Positions 1-9,543 of a stretch of DNA of 32,000 nt are shown in pieces. The notes beneath the pieces were generated by a model that saw nothing but the letters and a program-made list of their open reading frames with translations, did no database searches and had not been told where the DNA came from. Numbering within the stretch: position 1 is the first letter of the stretch; every line of letters starts with the position of its first letter. Source of the stretch: Candidatus Baldrarchaeota archaeon (lineage in GTDB: Archaea; Asgardarchaeota; Baldrarchaeia; Baldrarchaeales; DXJG01); the NCBI GenBank assembly GCA_016840485.1, contig JAEOSG010000007.1, forward strand, positions 885 to 32,884, read 5' to 3'. Position numbers and translations under genes: made by a program.

Positions 1-175
1 GTTCTTTCGGCGATTCTTTCTTAAATACTAAAGCTTCTGTTCTCTCAAATTGTAAATTTTCATTCATGGAGACAGATGTAATTCCATGTTTTAAATGAAG
101 ATTATCGCTTAACAAATCACTTATACTAATTATGCTTCCGTCACCTAAAACAACTAAAGTGTCAGGTGTAACACA
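1..175 (-). mobile_element. N-terminal part of an intein (Hint domain block A) inserted in aCPSF1 after ...HNAGHILG; the rest lies outside the window.
   Basis: The Cys codon at 175..173 (minus strand) starts CVTPDTLVVLGDGSIISISDLLSDNLHLKHGITSVSMNENLQFERTEALVFKKESPKE. This matches the intein block-A pattern C-x3-DT-x-V-x3-G-x3-I-x2-L. It replaces the expected extein continuation S-A-x-x-H-x-GDG seen in aCPSF1 family members. Confidence 0.75.
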
Positions 176-1177
176 GCCAAGTATGTGTCCAGCGTTATGA
201 AGAGTTAATCTTATGTCTGGCGCTATATCAGTTACTTCTCCATATTCTAGGGGTATTGTATGCATTATAGCTTTCTTAACATCTTTTTGACTATATGGTA
301 AAAGTTTTCCTTCTCTTTCAGCTACATCAAGATAATCTAATTGAAGAAGAGTCATAAGATTTCTTGTCGCCTGCGTGCAGTAAACAGGGCCTTCATACCC
401 GTATTTAAAAAGGAAAGGTACAAACCCGCTGTGATCTAAGTGGGCATGTGTAATTATTACTGCATCTAATTCCTCTATGTCAAATTCAGGCGCATCTAAA
501 TGCGGAAAAGCATGCTCTGGCGAACCAACGTTTACTCCACAATCAATCAATACACTGCTTTCAGAAGTTCTGACCAAAATTGCTGTTCTGCCTACCTCTC
601 TAAATCCTCCTAACGTTGACAACCGTATCCACTCATCTTTTACTAAAATCGGTCTGTGAATTCTTTGTCCTATATTTCTCAAAATTCTCTTACGTTGATC
701 ACTTTCCGATTGAATAATGGTCCTTATCAAGCTTATAGTTTTGGATTTAATTGGAGGACTTCTTATTACTGACGGTCTCCAGAAAGTTTTCTTTATAATC
801 TCCCTTAGAGTTACTCCGCTTCTGCCTATAACAAGCCCAGGCTTTTTTGCCTCTATGATAACCTCGCCAACGTTATGATCAAACATTATATTTGTTACTT
901 CTGCCTCTTGGGGAACAATTTCCAAAATTATTTTCTTTGCTTCCTCTGGATCAAGTCTAATACTTGGATCTGACCTAATAACGATTCTCTTCCTTAATCG
1001 TTTTGCAACTTCTTTAATTATATCTCCATTTTCTAGTAACACTTTCGGATTTTTCGAGTAGACAGCTACTTCAGGCCCTTCAAGTTCTAGTGATGTTATC
1101 TGGGCATTTTCTGGTAAACTTTCCAATATTTGTTGTTTTAATTCACTGAATATGTCTATGATTTCTTCTTTAGCCAA
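1..1177 (-). CDS. aCPSF1-type ribonuclease (N-terminal KH domains + metallo-beta-lactamase/beta-CASP), 5' portion only. It runs off the window at position 1 and is interrupted by an intein.
   Basis: My own minus-strand translation; the ORF is missing from the track because it is open at the window edge. It reads LAKEEIIDIFSELKQQILESLPENAQITSLELEGPEVAVYSKNP...KKPGLVIGRSGVTLREI (KH GxxG)...ELDAVIITHAHLDHSGFVPFL (HxHxDH)...DIRLTLHNAGHILG, then switches to CVTPDTLVVLGDG. The TTG start at 1177 is preceded by AGAGGG. An in-frame TTG at 1216 is an alternative start. Confidence 0.85.
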   Translation of the reverse strand, partial: MAKEEIIDIFSELKQQILESLPENAQITSLELEGPEVAVYSKNPKVLLENGDIIKEVAKRLRKRIVIRSDPSIRLDPEEAKKIILEIVPQEAEVTNIMFDHNVGEVIIEAKKPGLVIGRSGVTLREIIKKTFWRPSVIRSPPIKSKTISLIRTIIQSESDQRKRILRNIGQRIHRPILVKDEWIRLSTLGGFREVGRTAILVRTSESSVLIDCGVNVGSPEHAFPHLDAPEFDIEELDAVIITHAHLDHSGFVPFLFKYGYEGPVYCTQATRNLMTLLQLDYLDVAEREGKLLPYSQKDVKKAIMHTIPLEYGEVTDIAPDIRLTLHNAGHILGCVTPDTLVVLGDGSIISISDLLSDNLHLKHGITSVSMNENLQFERTEALVFKKESPKE

Positions 1178-1471
1178 GTTAATCCCTCTTTTTGAACAAT
1201 TTTCATGTTTCTTCAAAAACTCACCTAACCATGCCAGGCATCGAAGCAAGCATGCTTTATTGATTTAAATTTTCTTTGTGGTACCAGTAATTAAAAGGTA
1301 CAACATTACTAATTTCTGGAATGTGGGTTATACGTTATCTAAAAATCGCCTCTATATTACATCATTAGGTGTGAAACTTAAACTATTTAAAAGTTTCGAA
1401 ATAGTTATCATCTAAATTACTTCCAAATATAGATAACAGTTCAGAAAATCAATAACTCGGTCGGAAAGAGC

Positions 1472-1918
1472 ATGGTAGTCAAGGTTACCCTAGTGGGAAT
1501 CAAACAAGCAAAAAAAGGATTTAAATTTATACATCTTGGCCCATCAGAGCAATGTAACAATTGCCCTCTTTATAAAACATGTATGGAGAATCTAGAAAAA
1601 GGAAGAATATATGAAGTAATCAAGGTACGAAACATAAAACACCTATGTAAACTCCACGAAGAAGGAGTAGTAGTCGTTGAAGTTCAGGAAGCGGAAATAG
1701 AAGCAACTATAAACAAAAAGGCAGCCTTTGAAGGAGCAATAGTAACCTTTCACCCCCAACAATGTTCGGAGAATAGTTGCAAGTTTTTGAAACGTTGTTT
1801 GCCTCTCGGTCTGAAAGACGGCGATAGATGTAAAATTGTGAAGGTTATAGATAGAAATATAGAATGCCCGCTGGGAAAGAATTTGGCTCTTGTACAATTG
1901 AAAAGAGTGGAAAAATAA
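1472..1918 (+). CDS. UPF0179-family archaeal Cys-rich protein
   Basis: 148 aa. The pattern LVG...KKG.KF.HLGP...C..C.L...C..LE.GR.YEV..VR...H.C..HE.GV.VVEV and a second Cys cluster (C..SC....C.P.GL.DGD.C.I) match my recollection of UPF0179 proteins. Confidence 0.65.
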   Translation: MVVKVTLVGIKQAKKGFKFIHLGPSEQCNNCPLYKTCMENLEKGRIYEVIKVRNIKHLCKLHEEGVVVVEVQEAEIEATINKKAAFEGAIVTFHPQQCSENSCKFLKRCLPLGLKDGDRCKIVKVIDRNIECPLGKNLALVQLKRVEK

Positions 1919-1941
1919 AAATGGGACAAATATTAAATAAA

Positions 1942-2673
1942 TTATGTAGCGCTAGACTTTTCTTTTCTTACTATTTCTTCAACAAATACTACTGAGTTTA
2001 TCTGTGGAAAATGTTTATGTATATCTGAAGCTATACCGAGTTTCGCATACTGAATATTTTCGAGAAGAAAAACTTCATTTGGCATATGTATTCTTACTTC
2101 TGAATTCTCAATTTTAACCTCAAACTTTTCTTCATCAATGCCTCTCAATCTTCTTCCAATAATAGCTTTAATCTTCTCTAAATCGTCAGTTAACTTCTTT
2201 CTTACATAAACTTCATAAATAATAGTTTTACCAGCAAGGGGATGATTAAAATCAACACGAACCCTACCGCTAGTAACTGTGTGAATAGTGCCAACTTTGC
2301 CATTTATTGTAACTCTCATCCCGGGTCTAGGCGTTATTCCGCTTTTTCTAAATTCTCTTATTGGTACAACTTTTATTTTCTTCGGGTCTCTTTCTCCAAA
2401 TCCCTTTTCGGGCGGGACTCTGATTTCTGCTTTTTTACCCACTTCTAAACCAATTAAACCCTCTTCAAATCCCTTAATAAACCAACCTTCACCAACAATT
2501 ACAAGTTTGGGTTTATATATACCATCTTCCCTATAGATTTTCTCCTTTTTCGCTACATCTTCAAGCGTTAAGTCAGCAATTTCTCCAGTTTCTTCAACAC
2601 GCGCAACGTAATCTACTATTACGAAATCCCCTTCTCTTATAACGTCTTTCACTTCAGTCTCACTTTCAGCCAT
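1942..2673 (-). CDS. Long-type archaeal FKBP peptidyl-prolyl cis-trans isomerase (FKBP + IF/insert + C-terminal domain)
   Basis: 243 aa. GDFVIVDYVARVEETGEI...VIVGEGWFIKGFEEGLIGLEVGKKAEIRVPPEKGFGERD...INGKVGTIHTVTSGRVRVDFNHPLAGKTIIYEVYV is the typical split FKBP fold with a flap insert. Confidence 0.85.
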   Translation of the reverse strand: MAESETEVKDVIREGDFVIVDYVARVEETGEIADLTLEDVAKKEKIYREDGIYKPKLVIVGEGWFIKGFEEGLIGLEVGKKAEIRVPPEKGFGERDPKKIKVVPIREFRKSGITPRPGMRVTINGKVGTIHTVTSGRVRVDFNHPLAGKTIIYEVYVRKKLTDDLEKIKAIIGRRLRGIDEEKFEVKIENSEVRIHMPNEVFLLENIQYAKLGIASDIHKHFPQINSVVFVEEIVRKEKSSAT

Positions 2674-2744
2674 GTTTTAACCCCCTTTGATACGCATTAA
2701 TCGGAATAATTTCCCATCTTTAAAACTATCGTTTTATACAAGTA

Positions 2745-3281
2745 TTATCTTCCTTTCCTTAGATACCATCCTCTGTCAAGAATGTTTTTAATTATTGTTT
2801 TTGTCTGTCCCGTAAGTTTATCCGAGAACTTCATTATCATGCCTAGGCCTAGCGGCTCATAAAATTTGTTAAAAACAATAACTTTACTTCCGATCTGGAC
2901 TAGCGAACCAACTTTAATGATAGATTCTTCTAAGATATCACGACCATAAAGAAAAAGTTGTTCGCCCCTTTCGGATACAACGACCCCCCTTTCTCTACTA
3001 TACTTGGAAATTAGCCATAACCCCTCTAAACTAATCTTAAATTCACCATTTATCTCTCCAAAAAATAATCCCAAATAATAAGGCATTCTTACTTTTTTGG
3101 TTTTATCTAAAATATTGTAAACCTCCGCTGGTACCAGAAATACTTCCTTGATTTTTCCTTCTCCAATAACCACAACCCTTCCCGATGTAACTTTTTTGTA
3201 AATATTTTTCCCGGCCCACTCATTAAGGGCCTTCTGTATTTTTACAATTTCCTTCTTAGTAGCTTTCCTAAATATTATCAT
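2745..3281 (-). CDS. Nip7-like ribosome-biogenesis protein with C-terminal PUA domain
   Basis: 178 aa. PYYLGLFFGEINGEFKISLEG...GEQLFLYGRDILEESI...PLGLG...DRGWYLR resembles the Nip7/PUA architecture. It overlaps the upstream NOP2/Sun methyltransferase gene by 14 nt. Confidence 0.65.
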   Translation of the reverse strand: MIIFRKATKKEIVKIQKALNEWAGKNIYKKVTSGRVVVIGEGKIKEVFLVPAEVYNILDKTKKVRMPYYLGLFFGEINGEFKISLEGLWLISKYSRERGVVVSERGEQLFLYGRDILEESIIKVGSLVQIGSKVIVFNKFYEPLGLGMIMKFSDKLTGQTKTIIKNILDRGWYLRKGR

Positions 3282-4248
3282 TTAACTCCTTCCTCAATCT
3301 TAATTTGCATATGAAAAAACCTTCTGTTCCATGAATATGAGGGTAAAACCTCCTAGCCTCACGTATCTCGTCCCTAACTTTATATCCAAAAAATTCGGTA
3401 AAACCAGGTAATCCATCTTTTAAATCCATCTTTTCCACGGATAAAGGGAACCTTTCTAACACACGGTGAATTACAAGTTCGTTTTCCTCGGGAGCAATAC
3501 TACAGGTAGAGTAAACCAGAATCCCTTCTTTTTTCAAACATTTTAATAAGGCAGTTAACATAGAAAATTGTAAAGTTGAGCAATATTTTATGTCTTCAAT
3601 TAATCTACTCTTTTTACGAGATTTATCAATAGGAATTAGCCCTTCTCCAGTGCAGGGTGCATCTAAAAGGATTTTATCAGCCTTTATGCCAAACTTTGGT
3701 AAATCTCTTGCATCCATTCTGTAAGCAATAACATTTTCGACTCCAAGCCTAGATAAATTGGACCTTAAAGACTTCATACGTTCCCTACTAATGTCAATAG
3801 CCAAAATAACACCCTTATTCTTCATTAACTGAGCTATCTGACTAGTCTTTCCCCCAGGAGCAGCAGCTGCATCAATGACGATTTCTCCGGGTTTAGGATC
3901 TAAAGCATGAACTGGTAAAAGCGATCCCATACCTCTATGAACATAATAGTAACCCAACAGATATTCTGTAGTAGAACCGAGTGAAAAAGGAGACTTAATA
4001 ACCTGGAAAGCGTAATCAATCCATGGAACTTTCTTTAATACGAAACCCTTCTTGACGAGTCTATTCCTCAGCGATTCAACACTTATTTTTAAGGTGTTAC
4101 ATCTAATTACCGGATTTAGTCCTTTCTCGTTAGCTTCTAAAAGTTCAATGGTTTCTTCCTTACCGAAAAGCTCAAGATATCTTTCTATCATGTAGACATG
4201 ATAACCGTATTTTTCAGCTAATTTCTTGGCTAACTCTCCAATGTCCAA
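3268..4248 (-). CDS. NOL1/NOP2/Sun-family RNA cytosine-C5 methyltransferase
   Basis: 326 aa. SAM motif I is VIDAAAAPGGKT. The catalytic Cys motifs are LLDAPCTGEG (motif IV) and LVYSTCSIAPEENE (motif VI). Confidence 0.85.
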   Translation of the reverse strand: MDIGELAKKLAEKYGYHVYMIERYLELFGKEETIELLEANEKGLNPVIRCNTLKISVESLRNRLVKKGFVLKKVPWIDYAFQVIKSPFSLGSTTEYLLGYYYVHRGMGSLLPVHALDPKPGEIVIDAAAAPGGKTSQIAQLMKNKGVILAIDISRERMKSLRSNLSRLGVENVIAYRMDARDLPKFGIKADKILLDAPCTGEGLIPIDKSRKKSRLIEDIKYCSTLQFSMLTALLKCLKKEGILVYSTCSIAPEENELVIHRVLERFPLSVEKMDLKDGLPGFTEFFGYKVRDEIREARRFYPHIHGTEGFFICKLRLRKELNDNI

Positions 4249-4470
4249 AGCGAATTCACCAGTTTTTGGTAAATACTTATCATAGAGAAATTAGCTGCTT
4301 TAAGAAATATCATAAACTTATATCTTTAATGCATTCTATGGAAAGTTTTGACTTAAATTTTTATAAAGCAGCACGAATGAAAATTTAAGTTTCCAGTATT
4401 TCTAGAATATCCTTTTGAGAAATATCGTTGTCTACCTGTCTTTTGGTTCGGCGTAACCAATCAACATCGG

Positions 4471-5145
4471 TTAATCACTGAAGATGTTTAAAAGTCTATA
4501 CGCGATTTTCGCATCTTTCTCAATATTGACTATTGCTACATAGCCATTTATTGAAGCACCAGGATTTATAATGGGCACCCCATTTAGCTTGTCAACTCCT
4601 CTTCCTTCGTGAATATGCCCATGAATCCCCATTAAAGGTCTATATTTTAAAATAAATTCTCTAACAGATTTACTACCAACATGAAGACCAGCAAAAGTGA
4701 GATCAAGAGCAGTATTGTTTGGAGGATCATGAGAAACCAAAACTATGCGACTAAAATCCTTAACTCCGCTTACAGCATTTCTCAGCAAATTCCATATTTC
4801 ATTTTCATCCAGCTCAAAAGGAGTGTTAAAAGGAGTAGTAGAAGAACCACCCACACCAATAAAACCAACATCATCCATATAGATTAACTTACCATGAATA
4901 CAAACGGCACCTTCAACTTTAACATGAACAAGTTCACGAGGATCGCAATTACCTGGAACGTACAACATCTTCAAACCACTTTTAGAGAACATTCTTAAAA
5001 CTTCGATACCCTCGTCAACAGTTCCAAAATCGGTCAAGTCACCGCAAAAGACTATGAATTCGCATCGAAGCTTCCGAGCATAAGATGTGATTTTTGGAAC
5101 CAGACTGATATTTCCGTGGAGGTCAGAAACAGCGCAAAACCTCAT
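4471..5145 (-). CDS. Calcineurin-like metallophosphoesterase
   Basis: 224 aa. The motifs SDLHGN, CGDLTDFG, GNCD, SHDPP and GHIHEG occur in canonical order. Confidence 0.75.
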   Translation of the reverse strand: MRFCAVSDLHGNISLVPKITSYARKLRCEFIVFCGDLTDFGTVDEGIEVLRMFSKSGLKMLYVPGNCDPRELVHVKVEGAVCIHGKLIYMDDVGFIGVGGSSTTPFNTPFELDENEIWNLLRNAVSGVKDFSRIVLVSHDPPNNTALDLTFAGLHVGSKSVREFILKYRPLMGIHGHIHEGRGVDKLNGVPIINPGASINGYVAIVNIEKDAKIAYRLLNIFSD

Positions 5146-5425
5146 GTCAACATCACCAATATACTCGTGTGATAAATTCTAACCAAAGATCGCATTTACA
5201 AATAATAATGTTACTATAAACGGATACTCTTTAAACCGTACGGTACTGCGCTAAATAAAATAAAAACAGGGGTCTATTAATTTTTACGCTTATTAGATGC
5301 CAATAATAGCTAGCTGAGCTAATATTAAAGGTCAAATAATGATTTTTAAGGTTTTAAATAAAGGTTCGAAATTAGTAAAATTTTAAACTAAGAAATTCGT
5401 TGTATGAATTGCTGCCGCAAAACCT

Positions 5426-6646
5426 GTGGAGGCTTATAGTTTGGCTTATCTTATTGGTGAGGCCCTTGTCGGAAAAGATGAAGAAATAGCACATATAGAG
5501 TTAATAATCGGGGAGAGAGATGGACCGGTAGGTAAAGCATTTGTAGAAGCATTTGCAAACCCCAAATACGGACATACTCCATTGTTAGCGGTTATCAGAC
5601 CGAATCTACCAGCAAAGCCTTGGACACTAATAGTTCCAAAAGTAACTATAAAAAACATGGAACAAGCAGACAAAATATTTGGACCGGCTCAATCTGCAGT
5701 TGCAAAAGCAATCGCTGATGCTGTGGAAGAAGGTATTATACCAATGGATAAATTAGACGAATGGGTGATAATTGTAAGCGTATTCATACACCCAAAAGCA
5801 AAGGATGACAGAAAAATCTATAACTACAATTATAGCGCTACAAAGCTTGCTCTTAAGAGGGCCCTAACAAACTACCCATCTTGGGAGAAAATCGCATATG
5901 ACAAGGATAGGGCGGTGCATCCAATTATAGGTTATAGAATGAATCATCGGCTTTGGAGACCACCATATCTACAAATAGCTCTGGACATACCAGACATAGA
6001 GAAAACAATTCAAATTATCAAACAAGTACCGAAAAGCGACAGAATTATCCTAGAAGTCGGAACACCACTAATTAAGAAATACGGAACCAAAGTAATAAGG
6101 GATATACGAGAAGTGGCTAAAAACAAGTTTATAATAGCAGATTTAAAAACATTGGATGTTAGCCAAGTAGAAGTTGATATAGCTTTTGAAGAAACAGCAG
6201 ACGCCGTTGTAGCAAGTGGATTAGCAGCACCAGAGTCCCTAGACAAGTTTGTTTACGAAGCAAAAAGACTAGGGATATATGCCTTCATAGATATGATGTA
6301 TGTGGAAAATCCTATAGAAAAACTAAAAACATTAAAACAACCGCCAGATGTAGTAATATTACACAGAGCAATAGATGTAGAAACAAAAGAAGACTTAAGA
6401 TGGGCTTGGATTAAAAAAATAAAAGAGGAATACCAAGGGAAAATACTTATAGCAGTAGCAGGAGGTATAACGCCACAAACAGCTCCAGAAGCCCTAAAAA
6501 ACGGAGCAGATATCTTAATAGTGGGAAGATACATAACTCAAAGCAAAGATGTTGAAAGATCCACAAGAGAGTTCTTACTCAAAATAGCAGAACACACGCC
6601 AAAGGAACCAGGAGACATAGATCTCTTCAGGGTTCATATAGAGTAA
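5426..6646 (+). CDS. fae-hps: Bifunctional formaldehyde-activating enzyme / 3-hexulose-6-phosphate synthase (Fae-Hps fusion)
   Basis: 406 aa with a GTG start. The N-terminal half, LIGEALVG...[17 protein letters not shown]...[23 protein letters not shown], is Fae-like. The C-terminal half, LQIALD...[13 protein letters not shown]...ADLKTLD...AVAGGI...IVGRYIT, is HPS / OMP-decarboxylase-fold. Confidence 0.85.
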   Translation: MEAYSLAYLIGEALVGKDEEIAHIELIIGERDGPVGKAFVEAFANPKYGHTPLLAVIRPNLPAKPWTLIVPKVTIKNMEQADKIFGPAQSAVAKAIADAVEEGIIPMDKLDEWVIIVSVFIHPKAKDDRKIYNYNYSATKLALKRALTNYPSWEKIAYDKDRAVHPIIGYRMNHRLWRPPYLQIALDIPDIEKTIQIIKQVPKSDRIILEVGTPLIKKYGTKVIRDIREVAKNKFIIADLKTLDVSQVEVDIAFEETADAVVASGLAAPESLDKFVYEAKRLGIYAFIDMMYVENPIEKLKTLKQPPDVVILHRAIDVETKEDLRWAWIKKIKEEYQGKILIAVAGGITPQTAPEALKNGADILIVGRYITQSKDVERSTREFLLKIAEHTPKEPGDIDLFRVHIE

Positions 6647-6733
6647 TAAAATTATCTCCATGAAAACATAGCAAATCTTAATAAATTGATGTGTTTTCCA
6701 CTTATTGGTACATTGCAAAAAGAATAAAAAACG

Positions 6734-6742
6734 TTTATATAA
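6734..6742 (+). promoter_or_regulatory. Candidate TATA box (TTTATATAA) for the isolated uS19 gene
   Basis: An A-rich BRE-like stretch (AAAAAACG) sits directly upstream. The box lies about 55-60 nt before the ATG at 6796. Motif spotting only. Confidence 0.3.
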
Positions 6743-6795
6743 TGATCTAAAATTCACATAACAAGAAGTAACAAAAGATATGAGAGTGGCAAAAA

Positions 6796-7203
6796 ATGCC
6801 GAAGAAATTTACATACAGAGGATATACCCTAGAAGAACTACAAAAAATGTCAATGGACCAGTTTATCAACCTACTGCCAGCAAGACAACGCCGGTCTCTA
6901 TTACGCGGCTTAACACCACAACAAAGAATCCTACTAGAAAAAATAAGAAAGGTTAAACGTCTACAACAAAAAACCAAAAAGAAAATAGTAATACGGACGC
7001 ATGTCAGAGACATGATTATATTACCAGAGATGGTAGGATTAACAATAGCCGTTTACAATGGAAAGGAATTTATTCCGGTAGAAATAAAACCGGAAATGAT
7101 TGGCCATTTCCTAGGAGAATTTTCACCAACATGTGCACGCGTTGAACACGGAGCACCAGGAATAGGAGCCACACGATCCTCTATGTATGTTCCACTGAAG
7201 TAA
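6796..7203 (+). CDS. rps19: Ribosomal protein uS19 (S19p/S15e)
   Basis: 135 aa. [13 protein letters not shown]...[13 protein letters not shown]...[37 protein letters not shown] is a hallmark uS19 sequence. Confidence 0.95.
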   Translation: MPKKFTYRGYTLEELQKMSMDQFINLLPARQRRSLLRGLTPQQRILLEKIRKVKRLQQKTKKKIVIRTHVRDMIILPEMVGLTIAVYNGKEFIPVEIKPEMIGHFLGEFSPTCARVEHGAPGIGATRSSMYVPLK

Positions 7204-7247
7204 ACCAATAATTAACTAAAACTACAAAACTATAATTTTGCCTACTA

Positions 7248-7613
7248 TTATTCTTCTACCAGGAAACCGTGTTCTTTCAATCGTTGATACATTTTTCTAA
7301 AACCATCGCAGTTTTTCCAATCTGCTTTATATACGCATTCCCGACAGACCTTTTGGATGCTGTTCATTCTATACAGCCCGAAAATGCTATTTATTGCGCC
7401 ATAAACATTTAGAAAAAGGAAAACTCTCAAAATGATGTGAACTTTTAGAGTAAAAATTCCAATAAATATGAAACCAAGTCCCGCTGCTAAACCTATTTTT
7501 GCTAATATTCTCAAGAATGTAACTTGCCTTGTTTTACATAATATATTAACGATATTTATAGAGATCAGAGTTATACCAATTAACATGTATGTCTTAGATG
7601 ATAAATTGATCAA
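7248..7613 (-). CDS. Hypothetical small membrane protein with a cytoplasmic Cys-containing tail
   Basis: 121 aa with a TTG start; an internal ATG at codon 10 is an alternative. It has three or four hydrophobic segments and then ...CRECVYKADWKNCDGFRKMY. I do not recognise the family. Confidence 0.4.
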   Translation of the reverse strand: MINLSSKTYMLIGITLISINIVNILCKTRQVTFLRILAKIGLAAGLGFIFIGIFTLKVHIILRVFLFLNVYGAINSIFGLYRMNSIQKVCRECVYKADWKNCDGFRKMYQRLKEHGFLVEE

Positions 7614-7863
7614 GAAAAATGAAGAAAATAGTAATACCGTAGTCAGGAATGTTGGAATGCCGAGTAAGCACCCCTTACATAATTTAATATTTCCAAAGAC
7701 GAAATAGTGACCCTTAAAGTACTTGCAATCGGGATGATGCGAGAGAAGGAAAGGTTCTAAGTCCTTACAGAAAGTGTATAAATGTCTGAAAATTCTCCTA
7801 AACTTTAACTTCAGAAAATGTCGCCCCCTAAACAGACAATAAATAAAAGTAAAAATGGGTGTG

Positions 7864-8211
7864 TTAAATGCCGCCGCCCATAAATGGTATGCCCCATCCT
7901 ATGAACAAAGCCACACCGAGAGCAATTACTAGAGGTATTAATCCTGCAAGTAACCAAGCGAGAATTGCTTGCCCCCATCCAACTTCATGTCTTGTCTTTA
8001 TAAAGTACCATTGTAAAATACACCCAAGACATGGTATTACGCTGACAATTGCCATAAGAAGCACTGTAACAAACACCCTGCCAAAATCTGTCACTGGAGC
8101 ACCTACCACCTTTAATCCTATCAATAGAAAAACGGAGCCTATCAACAATGTTAATATGAAAACTAGTATAATTAACCCTATTAGTCCACCTAGTGCCAAC
8201 ATTTGAAACAT
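7864..8211 (-). CDS. Hypothetical small integral membrane protein
   Basis: 115 aa, almost entirely hydrophobic helices (LALGGLIGLIILVFILTLLIGSVFLLIGL...). I prefer it over the mirror ORF 7868..8206(+), which is low-complexity and Pro/Asn-rich. Confidence 0.4.
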   Translation of the reverse strand: MFQMLALGGLIGLIILVFILTLLIGSVFLLIGLKVVGAPVTDFGRVFVTVLLMAIVSVIPCLGCILQWYFIKTRHEVGWGQAILAWLLAGLIPLVIALGVALFIGWGIPFMGGGI

Positions 8212-8358
8212 TTCCTATACCTCCAACTTAATATTCTCTATTTATTCAGAGAAACTTGTATAAAAACTTGTGTAGTTATTGTAATATCAGTATACAAATT
8301 CTAAAGTGGAAAAAGTAGAATAGATAGTCGTACTTTAACCCTTTTCAGGGGCGTGATT

Positions 8359-9471
8359 TTATTTAATTTTTTCTATTATTGCCGAAAGTCTTTGCAATAT
8401 TCTTTGTTTTGTTCCTTTTCTCTCGAGTTCTTTTTTTAGTTTTTCTATAAGTTCTATTTTTAACGGATCTACACCCCTCAGAAAGGCGAGATATAGCGTC
8501 GCCATGTCTCCTATAAACATTGTCGAAAACATGTTTTCCAATGTGCTTTTCCCTCTGGCCCATACTTCTAAGATCCTCGTAACGCCTCTTTCTGAGAGCA
8601 GATTCTTTAATATTTCTATTCTTGTTTTTATTTCATCTCTTTCACCGCGATATCTAAGGAATATAACAGAAAACATGTTAGGCGCCATGTGTTTCCATCC
8701 CATTATTTCGTTATGGTTCATTTCAGGTATTACGCCATAGAACGCATGAACCTTGCTGTTCTCATTTAATTGACACTTCATTCTATAGGCTATTGGGTTT
8801 TGAATTCCTGAACCATAAATTATAGGTATGGTATTCAATATCTGAACTGCAATCTCCTTTGCGGGGTTTTCCTCTAACGGAACTTCAGGCTTAATCTGTT
8901 CACGGACTTGCTGTAAAACTTCAGCGGTTGATCTGATCTCCGTACTTAAATTTTCTATAATTTCCATTTTCTCAAGAAAGGATACTATTGGTATTGTTAA
9001 ATAAATTATTGCTTCCCTCGGTTGGTAATCACTTGGAATACGTATGAATGGTAATCTAGCCTTTTGACAATATTCTTCCAATTTTCCATCGCTTGTAACA
9101 GCCAATATCTGCGCTTTTCTTTCAAGAGCTTGTAAAAATACGCTTAATGTCTCCTCCGTATTTCCAGAATAGCTAGCTAAAATTACAAGAGCATTTTTGT
9201 CAACATAATTTGGCAATGTATAATCCTTTACCGAAATAATTGGTATTTTTATCTTATCTTGAAGCCACGTAGCCACGATGTCCCCACTAATTCCAGAACC
9301 ACCCATGCCGGCTATAACTATGGTTTGAGGTGGAGTGACCACTTCTGGTAGGTTTATTGGTTCTAACTTGTAAGCTTGTAAACATGCTTCAGGATAACTC
9401 AAAACGTTTGAAATCGCATGAGACTTATCTAACTTATATAAAATATCTACGTTGTCTAAATCTATTTTCAT
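8359..9471 (-). CDS. SIS-domain sugar isomerase, probably a bifunctional phosphoglucose/phosphomannose isomerase
   Basis: 370 aa. It has the SIS motifs IAGMGGSGISGDI and LASYSGNTEETL, and a C-terminal half typical of archaeal PGI/PMI. Confidence 0.65.
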   Translation of the reverse strand: MKIDLDNVDILYKLDKSHAISNVLSYPEACLQAYKLEPINLPEVVTPPQTIVIAGMGGSGISGDIVATWLQDKIKIPIISVKDYTLPNYVDKNALVILASYSGNTEETLSVFLQALERKAQILAVTSDGKLEEYCQKARLPFIRIPSDYQPREAIIYLTIPIVSFLEKMEIIENLSTEIRSTAEVLQQVREQIKPEVPLEENPAKEIAVQILNTIPIIYGSGIQNPIAYRMKCQLNENSKVHAFYGVIPEMNHNEIMGWKHMAPNMFSVIFLRYRGERDEIKTRIEILKNLLSERGVTRILEVWARGKSTLENMFSTMFIGDMATLYLAFLRGVDPLKIELIEKLKKELERKGTKQRILQRLSAIIEKIK

Positions 9472-9543
9472 GTTGCAACACCTTTTTGAATGAATTAATT
9501 ACAAATTATTTCCCATACGCACGATAGGAACTCAATTTGACGA

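Noticed and set aside
477-659. 60-aa plus-strand ORF inside the aCPSF1 region. The many other short antisense or out-of-frame track ORFs fall in the same class, for example 1643..1897(-), 2242..2536(+), 5446..6534(-), 10104..10477(+), 12083..12370(-), 14996..15731(-), 19507..20062, 26021..26260(-), 28178..28528(-) and 30270..31112(-).
   Set aside because: All lie within, and opposite to or out of frame with, strongly supported conserved genes, and their sequences are low-complexity with no recognisable features. They are shadow ORFs.
7733-7790. Possible C/D-box sRNA: AUGAUGC at 7734-40 and CUGA at 7786-89, about 50 nt apart.
   Set aside because: The C box ends in C, not A, which breaks a sheared G.A pair. 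There are no convincing internal D'/C' boxes and no terminal stem. A chance occurrence is likely.
7868-8206. 112-aa plus-strand ORF mirroring the 7864..8211 minus-strand gene.
   Set aside because: Its Pro/Asn/Thr-rich low-complexity sequence is typical of the antisense reading of a hydrophobic membrane-protein gene. The minus-strand product has a coherent TM-helix pattern.
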